A stretch of DNA of 64,000 nucleotides from Alphaproteobacteria bacterium (GCA_965200745.1 CBDAUZ010000002.1:287847-351846), one strand, 5' to 3'. Positions 28,663 to 38,542 are shown, counted from the first letter of the stretch. Numbers and translations are program-made. The notes: generated from the sequence alone by a model not told the origin.

Positions 28663-29943
28663 CTACGCGTCAGCCCGTGACTTCCAACCGTACCAGAGCG
28701 TTCTGGCCCGAACGCCAATTCCCAGGAAAGGCTGTGGCGGCAACAAGGACGGCCGCGAAAGTGTGCGAACATCATCGATCAGCGTTGATTCCGACCCCAT
28801 CGCGTACTCGGCGAGCAGTCTTCCGGAAATTGTTCCGCGTGCCAGCCCGACACCGCAATACCCAAGGGAGACAAAGACCCCGGGATCCAGGGAACCGAAA
28901 TGTGATGCCCAGTTACGGGTCATGCAAAAAACGCCAGCCCATGTTTGCTCGAACTGGAGAGTTCGCAATCCGGGATATCTCTTCAGCAGTATCTCCTTGT
29001 GCTTCTTTCGGAGTCGCTGCCGTTGATCGTCGGTGAGGCGAAACTGGTTCGAGTAGTATGTCCCGTAACGGACGAGCATGCGGTTGGACAGGGTTCGACG
29101 CATCGTCGTCGTACCGGTAATGCCCCATTCTGCGCTGCCGCCCACTGTGTCCTGTTCCTCATCGGTCATCGGTCGCGAGAGACTCGCACAGGCGATCATC
29201 GGGAAGACGAGGCGGCGAAGAAAGCCGAGTCTTGAGATAAACGCATTGGTTGTCAGCAGGACGTTCCCGGTCGTTACGCTGGCGTCCGTGCATTCAATTC
29301 GTACGGGTGAACCCGGTTCAACACGGCGTACAGATGTCTGTTCGCAGACTTCCACATTTTCGGGCAACGACTGGCCCAGTCCACGGCACAGGGCTGCGGG
29401 ATTCAGAAGAACTGTGCCGGGAGTCAGGATCGCAGCGCGATAGTATCCGGTACCGGTTATTGTTTTCAGAGTACTGCGGTCATACCAGACGTACTTGTTT
29501 TCCGAACCTTCCAGGAGTTTCCTGGTGTTGTTCAGGTGCTTTTCCCGTTCGGCCGTTACAACGGCTGTCAAGTGCCCGATTGGTGACCAATCGCATTCAA
29601 TCACATGTTTCCGAACGCAATCTTCCAGATGTTCACGCCCGGCTACGATCAACCGGGTAATTCGCCTGTTCTCTTCAGCGTTCAGATGTTCTGTGAGGTG
29701 CGGTGTGTCAATGACAAAACCGGCATTTCGACCAGAGGAACCGTATCCGATCTGATGCTCGTCAATCAGCAGAATACGCGCGTTCGGATCGAGTTCACCC
29801 AGTCTTCGTGCAGCAGCAAGACCGGTAACGCCGGCACCGACGACGACCCAGTCGGCCTTGTGTTCGCCCTTCAGACGACGCGGCTCTTCCGGTGTCGGGA
29901 GAACAGAATACCACCCGGATGCATGTCTTGTGTCGTCAGACAT
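28663..29943 (-). CDS. FAD-dependent oxidoreductase (DAO family, amine / gamma-glutamylputrescine oxidase-like)
   Basis: N-terminal dinucleotide-binding motif DWVVVGAGVTGLAAARRL, DAO-family length. Confidence 0.8.
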   Translation of the reverse strand: MSDDTRHASGWYSVLPTPEEPRRLKGEHKADWVVVGAGVTGLAAARRLGELDPNARILLIDEHQIGYGSSGRNAGFVIDTPHLTEHLNAEENRRITRLIVAGREHLEDCVRKHVIECDWSPIGHLTAVVTAEREKHLNNTRKLLEGSENKYVWYDRSTLKTITGTGYYRAAILTPGTVLLNPAALCRGLGQSLPENVEVCEQTSVRRVEPGSPVRIECTDASVTTGNVLLTTNAFISRLGFLRRLVFPMIACASLSRPMTDEEQDTVGGSAEWGITGTTTMRRTLSNRMLVRYGTYYSNQFRLTDDQRQRLRKKHKEILLKRYPGLRTLQFEQTWAGVFCMTRNWASHFGSLDPGVFVSLGYCGVGLARGTISGRLLAEYAMGSESTLIDDVRTLSRPSLLPPQPFLGIGVRARTLWYGWKSRADA

Positions 29944-29990
29944 GGATTACCAGTATTCCTGGTTGCCAGGCGACAGCATATCACCTGGTC

Positions 29991-30839
29991 TCATCCGAAA
30001 TCGAGATCTCGCAGGCTTTGGTGGACGTCTTTCGGGGCGACCGCAACATAGCGTGCCATGTTGTGTATGCTTGCATCACCGCCAATGCCGTATTCGGCGT
30101 CGTATCCATAGTCGTCATCATCATCGTTTTCGGTTCCAACACCACCTTCGTTTCCGGCCAGAAACACAACGCGGGTCTGCGGTTGCTTCGGATTGATCCG
30201 GTTGTAGGGGTGCCAGTTTCCCATGACCTTTGTCTTGTGCCTCGCCTGCGCCTTGTCGAGATATGCCGCAAGGGGTTCGACACCCCCTGCACGCGCAATC
30301 AGGTTTGGTTCGTCGCGCAGCACTTCAAAGGTGTCAAAGCCACGTGTGGACTTCCTCGCCAATTCATAATCGAGAACAACACCGTAACGCCGCGGAAGCC
30401 CGGATACGCCGGATTTGAATTCTTCAAACGGATAGATCGGAATCTCGGTATGATCCGGCAACCTGCCGTTCAGTAGATCGGCGGCTTCCTTGGCCGAGAT
30501 CTTGGCGGCGTATTGCCCGGTGTATCCGTCGTTGTTGTGCCGATTGACGTCTGCACGGTACGTTCTCTCAAATCGTTCTGGCGAGGCGAAGATTCCACCA
30601 CCGTGAACAACAACAATGACAATGTTCCCCCCCGGTGAGGTGACGACATTCTCTTCCGTGAATGATGTGAACCACGTGTTCCAGATTATGTTGTCGTAGG
30701 GCGCGTGTGTGCGGGCGTGAAGCAGTTGCGGCAAGGATGCCACAAATCCGTCCTCTCCCGCATACTCCAGAGCCATTCGCAACGCGTTGGGAACATGTGA
30801 GTCAAATACGATCTGTGCTTCCATCTCAATGTCATGCAT
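29991..30839 (-). CDS. Conserved hypothetical protein, paralog A of a tandem pair (function unknown)
   Basis: 282 aa, about 50-55% identical to the upstream paralog. Shared motifs include ALEYAG.DGFVAS.PQLLHAR, VIVVVHGGGIF and NPARYVAVAP. Confidence 0.7.
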   Translation of the reverse strand: MHDIEMEAQIVFDSHVPNALRMALEYAGEDGFVASLPQLLHARTHAPYDNIIWNTWFTSFTEENVVTSPGGNIVIVVVHGGGIFASPERFERTYRADVNRHNNDGYTGQYAAKISAKEAADLLNGRLPDHTEIPIYPFEEFKSGVSGLPRRYGVVLDYELARKSTRGFDTFEVLRDEPNLIARAGGVEPLAAYLDKAQARHKTKVMGNWHPYNRINPKQPQTRVVFLAGNEGGVGTENDDDDDYGYDAEYGIGGDASIHNMARYVAVAPKDVHQSLRDLDFG

Positions 30840-30868
30840 GTGGGTGTTTTCCTTGTGCCAGATTGCGA

Positions 30869-31789
30869 TCAGGTTCCGAACGAGAGATGGCGCACACCGG
30901 TCAACGGGCGTTGCGGTGCGACAGCAACATAGCGCGCCGGATTGATCATCGCCGTATCGCCACGGATCGCAAACTCTGCCTCGAGGGGCATGCGGTAATG
31001 TGTGGTCCAGGTGCCAGCGTAAGCCTGTTCGACCTTCGATAGTGGGCGGAACACGTCATTTTGGGGGCCACCTTCCTGACCACCAAGGAACAGTATTCTT
31101 GCCTGTTCTTCATCCGGGTCTATTTCGTTGAAATTGTGCCAGCTTCCCATCACCTCCGCAGTCCTTCGATCCCGGGCCCGATCCAGGTACAGCGACGCAG
31201 CTTCAACTCCACCCGCTCGCGCAATCATGAGAGGATCGTCCTTCAGTCGGTCAAATCTCACGTTACCGGAACAGGAGTCCCGTGCCGTTTCGAAATCCAG
31301 AATGGTGGCGTAACGATATGGCAATTTCCCCTCCTTGTCCTTGAATTCCTTGAAGGTGAAAACCGGTATCTCACGGTTGTCAGCGAGCTTGCCTTCCAGC
31401 AGGTCACGCGCTTCGACATCGCGAATTCTGGCGGCGAACAGGCCCGTAAACCCGATCTCGGAGTGACGGCTGGTACTCGCATGATAGAGGGCCCTGAATC
31501 TCTCGGGTGTCGAAAAAATTCCACCGCCGTGTACGACGACGATCACGTGATTGCCGTGTCGAGTCCGGATCACGTTCTCTTCACTGGTAGAAGTGAAGAA
31601 TCGGGTATTCCAGATTTCGTTATCATATGGGGCTCTGGACCGCGCGTGGAGAAGTTGCGGCATTGACGCCACAAACCCATCGTTACCTGCGTACTCCAGC
31701 GCACACCTGAGTGCTTCAGGTAAATACGAATCGAAGAAGACCGAGGCCTCCATACGCGATTGATCCATTTCGTCGTGCCTTGTTTCCAT
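30869..31789 (-). CDS. Conserved hypothetical protein, paralog B of the tandem pair (function unknown)
   Basis: 306 aa. Same conserved blocks as paralog A. Confidence 0.7.
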   Translation of the reverse strand: METRHDEMDQSRMEASVFFDSYLPEALRCALEYAGNDGFVASMPQLLHARSRAPYDNEIWNTRFFTSTSEENVIRTRHGNHVIVVVHGGGIFSTPERFRALYHASTSRHSEIGFTGLFAARIRDVEARDLLEGKLADNREIPVFTFKEFKDKEGKLPYRYATILDFETARDSCSGNVRFDRLKDDPLMIARAGGVEAASLYLDRARDRRTAEVMGSWHNFNEIDPDEEQARILFLGGQEGGPQNDVFRPLSKVEQAYAGTWTTHYRMPLEAEFAIRGDTAMINPARYVAVAPQRPLTGVRHLSFGT

Positions 31790-32046
31790 GTTGACCTGGG
31801 TCCCCTTGGGCTTTCAATTTGCCACACTCACTTTCGTTTCATGTTTGTTTTTCCTTCAACGATTATCAATCCATCACTTCTTTCATTGCCTGGGATCCGA
31901 TCACGATGGTTCCCGACAATCAACTTGAGACTCACTGTCATACAAGATGAGACGGTGGCGTCGCGTGCAGGGGATCGACTGAAGCAATCTGATTGAGCCG
32001 CAAACCGGTCAAGCAATCAGTCTTCCAGATGAACAGCGATCAATTC

Positions 32047-32066
32047 TTGATTGACTGATCAATCTA
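32047..32066. promoter_or_regulatory. Near-palindrome TTGATTGA-CTGA-TCAATCTA in the divergent intergenic region (candidate TetR-type or other repressor operator)
   Basis: 8 bp inverted arms (7/8 match) with a 4 bp spacer, lying within 120 bp of the hypB-like start. Several TGATCA motifs surround it. Confidence 0.3.
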
Positions 32067-32165
32067 TGATCACAATGAAATGAACTGATCGTGTCGAATC
32101 CGTACAAACGGCGTCTGATGCAGCCATGGCTGCAGATCTTCAGGAACCGGGGTACCGAATGAGAA

Positions 32166-33020
32166 ATGGGGTGTTTCCAGATGTGCAACGTGTGCGGTTG
32201 TGGCGAAATGCAGACCAAGATTGATGCAACGGATCCCCTCCACACGCACACCCAGCACCATCACTTTGGTCAGAATGCCGCCGGGGTCAGCGTCGCCGGT
32301 CTCGATGATGCACAACTGATCACGATTGAAGAGAACATACTCTCGAAGAACGACCAATATGCCGACATCAACAGACGTCGCCTGGCCAATCACCACATCT
32401 TCGCCCTGAATCTGGTATCGAGTCCTGGTGCCGGAAAAACGTCGCTCCTGGTCGAAACAGTCAAGGCGCTCTCGTCAGAAGTACCGTGCGCGGTCATCGA
32501 AGGGGATCAGGAAACGGCCTGCGATGCAGACCGAATTCGCGCGACCGGTGTAACGGCTGTCCAGATCAACACAGGCCGGGGCTGCCACCTCGATGCGCAC
32601 ATGGTTGGACACGCACTGGATGATCTCGATCTGGTATCCGGTGGAGTCCTGTTCATCGAAAACGTAGGGAACCTCGTTTGCCCGGCGCCCTTTGACCTGG
32701 GAGAATCCGGAAAGGTCGTCATTCTCTCGGTCACGGAAGGGGACGACAAACCACTCAAGTATCCCGACATGTTCGCCGCCGCCAAACTCATGGTGCTCAG
32801 CAAGGTCGATCTCCTGCCATACGTCGATTTTGATACCGACAAGGCTGTCGAACGGGCGCGACGCATCAATCCGGATCTGGAAATTCTGCAGGTTTCGCTG
32901 CGTGACGGAACCGGAATGACAGACTGGCTGCACTGGATATCAGAAGGTCGAAACAGGATGGCGGAACCGCCTCATCCCGACGGGACCCTGGTATCAGAAG
33001 GTCTGGAAACGCATGCATGA
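32166..33020 (+). CDS. hypB: HypB-like metallochaperone GTPase (nickel incorporation protein family; GhaB-like)
   Basis: N-terminal MCNVCGCG Cys motif and His-rich stretch HTHTQHHH, GTPase P-loop [17 protein letters not shown]-class G domain. Confidence 0.85.
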   Translation: MGCFQMCNVCGCGEMQTKIDATDPLHTHTQHHHFGQNAAGVSVAGLDDAQLITIEENILSKNDQYADINRRRLANHHIFALNLVSSPGAGKTSLLVETVKALSSEVPCAVIEGDQETACDADRIRATGVTAVQINTGRGCHLDAHMVGHALDDLDLVSGGVLFIENVGNLVCPAPFDLGESGKVVILSVTEGDDKPLKYPDMFAAAKLMVLSKVDLLPYVDFDTDKAVERARRINPDLEILQVSLRDGTGMTDWLHWISEGRNRMAEPPHPDGTLVSEGLETHA

Positions 33021-33432
33021 ACTGGCACTCGCACGCAGCCTGATCGAACTGGTCGACGATTATTCTGCCCATCATGGCGGGCGCGAGGTTCGGCGAATTC
33101 ACGTTCGTCTCGGACAGTTGTCCGCCATGACACGGGCGCTTTACTTCTGCTTCGGTTCTGCATCTCGCGGAACATGTTGCGATGGCGCCATGCTCGAGAT
33201 CGAAGAAGTGCCGCTGACCGTGAATTGTCGGACATGCCAGGCCGTCAAGACACCGAGTGGTCGTTACAACTTTCGTTGTCCTGATTGCGGAATGCCGACG
33301 CCAGAAGTCGTAACGGGACGGGAAATGCAGCTTACCTCCATAGAATTGGGGCCTGCGGGATCTGGCAAACGCGTCGGAACCGCCATCACCGAACCGACAA
33401 ATGGAGAGCTGTATGCCAACGGATCTCCCTGA
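33013..33432 (+). CDS. hypA: HypA-like nickel insertion protein (GhaA-like)
   Basis: [11 protein letters not shown]-terminus (the Ni-binding MHE motif) and a CxxC...CxxC zinc site. Overlaps the hypB stop. Confidence 0.85.
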   Translation: MHELALARSLIELVDDYSAHHGGREVRRIHVRLGQLSAMTRALYFCFGSASRGTCCDGAMLEIEEVPLTVNCRTCQAVKTPSGRYNFRCPDCGMPTPEVVTGREMQLTSIELGPAGSGKRVGTAITEPTNGELYANGSP

Positions 33433-34492
33433 AACCTGGGACTTCGTTCCCCATCAGCACCGTGGTCCGCATCGCGAAACTGCACCGGACGCACATATCA
33501 GGTCGCCGAGCAAGCACAATGGACCGTTCAAGGCACCGGGTCTCCGCACTTTCATGGCTGCGCCCTATTGCGAACCTGACAGGGACAAGGTTCGCGCCGC
33601 CGGTGCGAAAATCTGTTTTCTCGGCGCGCCCTGGGATCAGGGAACAATCGTACGAACGGGAACGTCGAGCGGACCACAAGGTGTCCGTGAAGCCTCAACG
33701 CATTATTTCCCGTACATGTTCGAATATGACGTTGACCTCATGTCTTTCTTCAGGGTTGTTGATTGTGGCGACATACCGATCGTCCCGGCCAACAATGCAC
33801 TCTCGCAAGCCTACATGTGCGATTACGTCACCGAGTGTCTGGAAGGCGGCGCCAAGGTAATACTCGTCGGCGGTGATCATTCGGTACCTATCCCCGGAGC
33901 GCGTGCTCTCTCCCGGTATCTGGACCGACACAAGCCCGAAGCGAAGATGGGCTACCTCCACATTGACTGTCACCTCGACGCTGCAGTCGATTGGGGAGGA
34001 ATCGAAATCACGAATGCATCCGGACCTCCCGAAGCGTTGAAACTGTCCAATTGCAATGCAGCCAACATGGCGCACATGGGCTCGCGCAACGGTCTCAATC
34101 CCAAGGACTGGATGGATTTCTGGATCGATAATGACATGCCGATCATTCCCATGTCGGCGATCGTTGAACGTGGGATCGAGCCCTGCACACGATTCATCTT
34201 CGATCGCGCCTGGAACGGTACGGAAGCGGTCTATGTCTCCTGGGATACAGATTCACTGGATGCAAGCTGCATGCCAGGAACAAGTTGTCCCGAGTGCTAT
34301 GGCATCAAGGCACGCGAAGCCATTCAACTCGCGCGTATCGCCGGAGAATACGGTGCCGACGTGCTTGAACTGGCCGAGCTTTCTCCGGTTTTTGATACCA
34401 GCCAGATCAGCACCAAGCTCGCCTGCAACCTGATTTATCACTTTCTCGGAAGTCGCGCGTCGACACTGCGCAGTCAAGGCAGACAGCCGTGA
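33401..34492 (+). CDS. Arginase/agmatinase-family ureohydrolase with intact metal ligands. Candidate Ni-dependent guanidine or guanidino-compound hydrolase.
   Basis: GGDHS, D-C-H-L-D (DxHxD) and SWDTDSLD motifs are present. Sits immediately downstream of the hypB/hypA-like genes. Confidence 0.8.
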   Translation: MESCMPTDLPETWDFVPHQHRGPHRETAPDAHIRSPSKHNGPFKAPGLRTFMAAPYCEPDRDKVRAAGAKICFLGAPWDQGTIVRTGTSSGPQGVREASTHYFPYMFEYDVDLMSFFRVVDCGDIPIVPANNALSQAYMCDYVTECLEGGAKVILVGGDHSVPIPGARALSRYLDRHKPEAKMGYLHIDCHLDAAVDWGGIEITNASGPPEALKLSNCNAANMAHMGSRNGLNPKDWMDFWIDNDMPIIPMSAIVERGIEPCTRFIFDRAWNGTEAVYVSWDTDSLDASCMPGTSCPECYGIKAREAIQLARIAGEYGADVLELAELSPVFDTSQISTKLACNLIYHFLGSRASTLRSQGRQP

Positions 34493-34547
34493 CTCACGCG
34501 TGGCGGACGTCGCATCGGGGATGTGCGTTACCCTGGGAGGAAGTCGG

Positions 34548-35594
34548 ATGAACCCTGCAAAGGCCTTCTTGCACCTTTTTTCACCTCTGGGTGGTGACGA
34601 AGCGGACAACTATCGATCACCAGGCCAGATTTCGTTTTTGCGGGCGCCATATGTTTCGTTGAGCAAGGAAGCCTTGCAGCAGACCGACGCAAGCTATGCA
34701 TTTCTCGGCGCACCCTATGATGAAGGCAACGTTGGCAAGCCAGGCTGTGAGGATGGCTCACGCGAGTTTCGGGTCGCGTCGCTCGACTACTTTCCATACT
34801 GGTTCGAGTTCAATGTCGATCTGCATGGCCGTGCCGTTGACTGTGGCGACGTACAAATGCCGCGGGTCAACCCGACGGTGGCCCATCAGCGAATATACGC
34901 CGCCGTCCGTACAGTCCTGGACGCCGGTTTGACGCCGATCATCTGCGGCGGTGACCGATCGATCTCGATTCCGGCGTCAAGGGCCCTGTCTGACCATCTC
35001 GGTACCGAACGCAAGATGGGTTACATGCACCTGGGTGCACATCTCGATATGGCCGATTCCTGGGCCGGTGAGCAGAATGTCAGCACCTGTGCTCTCGCAC
35101 GGATCACCGAGCTGGAAAACCTGAACCCCCGCAACGTTGCCCACATCGGTGCCCGCAATTCCTTCAATCCCAAGGACCATGTCGATCTGGCCCGTCATCG
35201 GGGAATTCGTTTCCATCCCATGTTCGAGGTGCTGGAACGGGGTGTCGCAGATGTCATGGACGAAGCGTGTACACGGGTCTGGGATGGAACGGATGGCCAG
35301 TATCTGAGTTTCAATTTCAATGTCATGGACTCATCCGCCGCACCGGGCGTCACGGCCACCGAATCAGGCGGGTTTGAAGCCCGCGAAATCATGCAGGTGG
35401 CAGCCAGGGTTGCAGAGCACGGAGGCCCATCTGTTCTCGATGTCACGGAACTCTGTCCGATGTTCGATGTCAGCGGCCAGACATCCCGTATGGCTGTCTG
35501 TGTCATCCTCAGGATCATGGCAGGCATTGCAGCGAAGGACGGCCAGACAATCGATGAAACCATCCGCCGACCTGGTTGGATGCACGGCGGTTGA
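34548..35594 (+). CDS. Arginase-fold paralog with degenerate metal site (probable pseudo-enzyme or structural partner)
   Basis: GGDRS (His to Arg), GAHLD (first Asp to Gly), and SFNFNVMD (two Asp to Asn) at the metal-ligand positions. Strong RBS GGGAGGAAG before the ATG at 34548. Confidence 0.8.
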   Translation: MNPAKAFLHLFSPLGGDEADNYRSPGQISFLRAPYVSLSKEALQQTDASYAFLGAPYDEGNVGKPGCEDGSREFRVASLDYFPYWFEFNVDLHGRAVDCGDVQMPRVNPTVAHQRIYAAVRTVLDAGLTPIICGGDRSISIPASRALSDHLGTERKMGYMHLGAHLDMADSWAGEQNVSTCALARITELENLNPRNVAHIGARNSFNPKDHVDLARHRGIRFHPMFEVLERGVADVMDEACTRVWDGTDGQYLSFNFNVMDSSAAPGVTATESGGFEAREIMQVAARVAEHGGPSVLDVTELCPMFDVSGQTSRMAVCVILRIMAGIAAKDGQTIDETIRRPGWMHGG

Positions 35595-35665
35595 ACGGAA
35601 CGAAAAAGTGCCAGGCAGAAACAAGGGAACCGGATTCCAACCAACCTGAAGAGGGACATCGACAA

Positions 35666-36757
35666 ATGACGAAACCATCGCAACCGACCTGGAGTACAGT
35701 GAGCCGCCGCACCCTTCTTTCGGGTGCCGCCGGAATTGCCGCGACAACAGCCCTGTTGCCGCGGTACGCACGCGCCGAAGGCGAACTCAATGTTCTCGTG
35801 TGGTGCGATCACGCCGATACAAAACTTCTCGAACCGTTCGAACAGGCACACGGCGTCAAGGTCAACGCCAAGACATATGAAGGGACCGGAACCGCACTGG
35901 CGATTCTCGAACAGTCTGCGCCGGGCGACTGGGACGTGATGGTGATCGATGCACCTGACGTCCCGCAAGTTGCCGACCTCGGTATTCTTGAAGAACTTCC
36001 CGAGGATATTGCCCCCTGGAACGATATTTTCCCGCAATTACGCGATGCGCCCTACACGCACGTCAACGGCAAGTCGTACGCAATTCCCGAAAAGTTCGGC
36101 TACTACGGCTTCTGCTACAACAAGGACGTGGTTGACCCGGCGGACGCCAGGCGCGGCGATATTGCCTGGAACGACAAGTACACGGGACGCATTGGTGTCT
36201 ACGACTACTATTTCCCGATCATCCAGATGATCGGGCTGTCCATGGGTCTCAAACCCGCGACGATCAAACGTGACGATCTCGGCGATATTCGCGAAAAACT
36301 CCTGGCCATGAAACCGAACGTCAAGATGGTCGGCGACATCGTCAGCGTCCAGAATGCACTGGTCACCGGATCGGTTGACGTGGTGGTCGGTGGCGCGGAG
36401 TTCACGGTATCCAATCTCATGCCGACAAATCCCGAACTTGACTGGGTTATCTCCGATGATGGTGGTCTGATCTGGAATCAGGGAATCGGTATCCTGAGCA
36501 GCAGTAACAGGAAGGAACTTGCTGCGGAGTTCGTCAAATGGATACTCAGCCCGAAAGGCCAGGGATTGCTGGCAACCTCCGAGTGCTTCTGGGCCATGCC
36601 CGCGAACGAGACCGCGGAACTCTCGACCGAAGAAAAGACAATCCTGCGGTGGGATGACCAGCCGGACTTTCTCGCGCGTTCGCAGGTGTCACTCCTTCCG
36701 GATCCGGAAATGGATGTGGAAATGCTCGATATCTGGACGGAGTTCCTGCAGGCCTGA
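35666..36757 (+). CDS. ABC transporter substrate-binding protein, PotD/PotF (polyamine) family, Tat signal
   Basis: SRRTLLSGAAGIAATTALLP twin-arginine signal, PotD-like length and sequence. Confidence 0.85.
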   Translation: MTKPSQPTWSTVSRRTLLSGAAGIAATTALLPRYARAEGELNVLVWCDHADTKLLEPFEQAHGVKVNAKTYEGTGTALAILEQSAPGDWDVMVIDAPDVPQVADLGILEELPEDIAPWNDIFPQLRDAPYTHVNGKSYAIPEKFGYYGFCYNKDVVDPADARRGDIAWNDKYTGRIGVYDYYFPIIQMIGLSMGLKPATIKRDDLGDIREKLLAMKPNVKMVGDIVSVQNALVTGSVDVVVGGAEFTVSNLMPTNPELDWVISDDGGLIWNQGIGILSSSNRKELAAEFVKWILSPKGQGLLATSECFWAMPANETAELSTEEKTILRWDDQPDFLARSQVSLLPDPEMDVEMLDIWTEFLQA

Positions 36758-36890
36758 GTTCACAGTTGATTCCGGCGGAGAGCAATACAGCCAGTATTCT
36801 TCACCTTTCGCGGCCACTGACTGATTACACCCCGCTGGACAGATCACACAGACAGGAAAGACCTGAGATATAGACCGGCGAAAGTACGCT

Positions 36891-37751
36891 TTGGGAGGGA
36901 GCGACAAATTCGGGGGTGTCTCCCTGACGCGATGGGCGATCTATCCAGCGCTGATTTTCTCGCTGCTGTTTTTCGTGACTCCGTTTTTGATCATGGTCGC
37001 CGTCGGATTCTGGCAGCGCCTGCGCGGACGACTCGAAGCAACCTGGACATTCGCCAACTACGAAAAATTCCTTACGCGGGACTACCTCGTCGAGGCACTT
37101 TTCAATTCGATAGAAGTAACGGTGCTGACAACGGTCATCAGCATTCTGGTCGCGTACCCGCTGGCATACATACTGGCCTACCGCATATCGCTGCGCTGGC
37201 AGAAAATTGTTCTCGTTTTCGCGGTGTTGCCATTCTGGACCGCCTATGTCGTGCGTTCCTACAGTTGGCTTCTCGTGCTGTCGGACACGGGCATCATCAA
37301 TTCAAGCCTGTTGTCGATCGCACTGATCAGCGAACCGCTGACGCTGGCTTACACGCGTGGCGCAACGATCCTCGGTTTTGTCCACTTCTTCACCATGCTC
37401 CTGACGCTGACCATTTACGCGAGTCTGATCCAGATCCCGCGCTCACTTCGCGATGCGGCTTCAGATCTGGGTGCAACCGGATTTCAGGTGTTCCTCAGGA
37501 TAACCCTGCCCCTCAGCATTCCAGGCGTGGCTGTCGGTGCCTTCCTGACGTTTGTCATCACGATTGGTGACTACATCACACCCCAGATCCTCGGTGGCAA
37601 CACGGAGGTCCTTATTCCGCAGGCCATCATGCTGCAGATCTCCCGCTCTGCGAACTTTCCGATGGCCTCTGTCATGAGTGTCACCCTCATGATCGTGGTC
37701 GTCTGCGTCTATTTCGCATCCGCGCGCTATCTGAAGATGGATCGAATCTGA
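36891..37751 (+). CDS. ABC transporter permease (PotB-like)
   Basis: 6-TM permease with an EAA-loop region. Confidence 0.85.
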   Translation: MGGSDKFGGVSLTRWAIYPALIFSLLFFVTPFLIMVAVGFWQRLRGRLEATWTFANYEKFLTRDYLVEALFNSIEVTVLTTVISILVAYPLAYILAYRISLRWQKIVLVFAVLPFWTAYVVRSYSWLLVLSDTGIINSSLLSIALISEPLTLAYTRGATILGFVHFFTMLLTLTIYASLIQIPRSLRDAASDLGATGFQVFLRITLPLSIPGVAVGAFLTFVITIGDYITPQILGGNTEVLIPQAIMLQISRSANFPMASVMSVTLMIVVVCVYFASARYLKMDRI

Positions 37752-38542
37752 TGAGCCGCCTGATCGGTAACATGACCGTGAGTGGTTATCTGTTGCTGGC
37801 GCTCGGATTTATCTATCTGCCCGTCGTTATCCTCGTGCTCTTCTCGTTCCAGAACGGGGACTTGCCTGTCCCACCCTTTGATGGTCCGGGCTTGCGCTGG
37901 TATGCCAAGCTGTTCGCCAATGAGCGTCTCCTCGACGCCCTCGTCAACTCCGTGGCCGTCGCGGTGCTTTCAGCACTCGTCACGACAATTCTGGGATTTC
38001 TGGCCGCCTACAGCCTGTCCAGAACCCCGGTCAAATTCCCGGGCACAGCGCGCTTCCTGCTGATTGCTCCGATCACGGTATCCTATCTGATTATCGGGAT
38101 GGGATTGTTGACGACCTTCAATGTTGTTGGCATCTCGAAGTCGCTGTTCGCGGTCGGCATTGGCCATGTTGTCATCAATCTGCCCCTGGCTTTCGCTATC
38201 ATCTATTCGCAGATGAGCGATCACCACAAGAACATCGATGCCGCTGCACACGATCTGGGCGCCAGCGATCTCCAGACCATCATCCTGGTTTCCCTGCCGA
38301 TGATGAAGGTGCCACTGCTTGCAGCGTTCTGCCTTTCTGCAACTCTCTCCTGGGACGAGTTCATCGTCGCTTTCCTGCTCAGCCGATTTGAAGTGACTCT
38401 ACCCGTCATCATTTTCGAAATGTTGCGTGCCGGTCTTACACCCGAAGTGAATGCTGCCGGAACCGTCGTCTTTGCCATTTCCATGAGCATCATCCTGATC
38501 GCCGCCGTCACTCTTCTGTTCAGACGCGGAGACGGACGATGA
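37751..38542 (+). CDS. ABC transporter permease (PotC-like)
   Basis: Permease sequence. Start overlaps the upstream stop. Confidence 0.85.
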   Translation: MSRLIGNMTVSGYLLLALGFIYLPVVILVLFSFQNGDLPVPPFDGPGLRWYAKLFANERLLDALVNSVAVAVLSALVTTILGFLAAYSLSRTPVKFPGTARFLLIAPITVSYLIIGMGLLTTFNVVGISKSLFAVGIGHVVINLPLAFAIIYSQMSDHHKNIDAAAHDLGASDLQTIILVSLPMMKVPLLAAFCLSATLSWDEFIVAFLLSRFEVTLPVIIFEMLRAGLTPEVNAAGTVVFAISMSIILIAAVTLLFRRGDGR

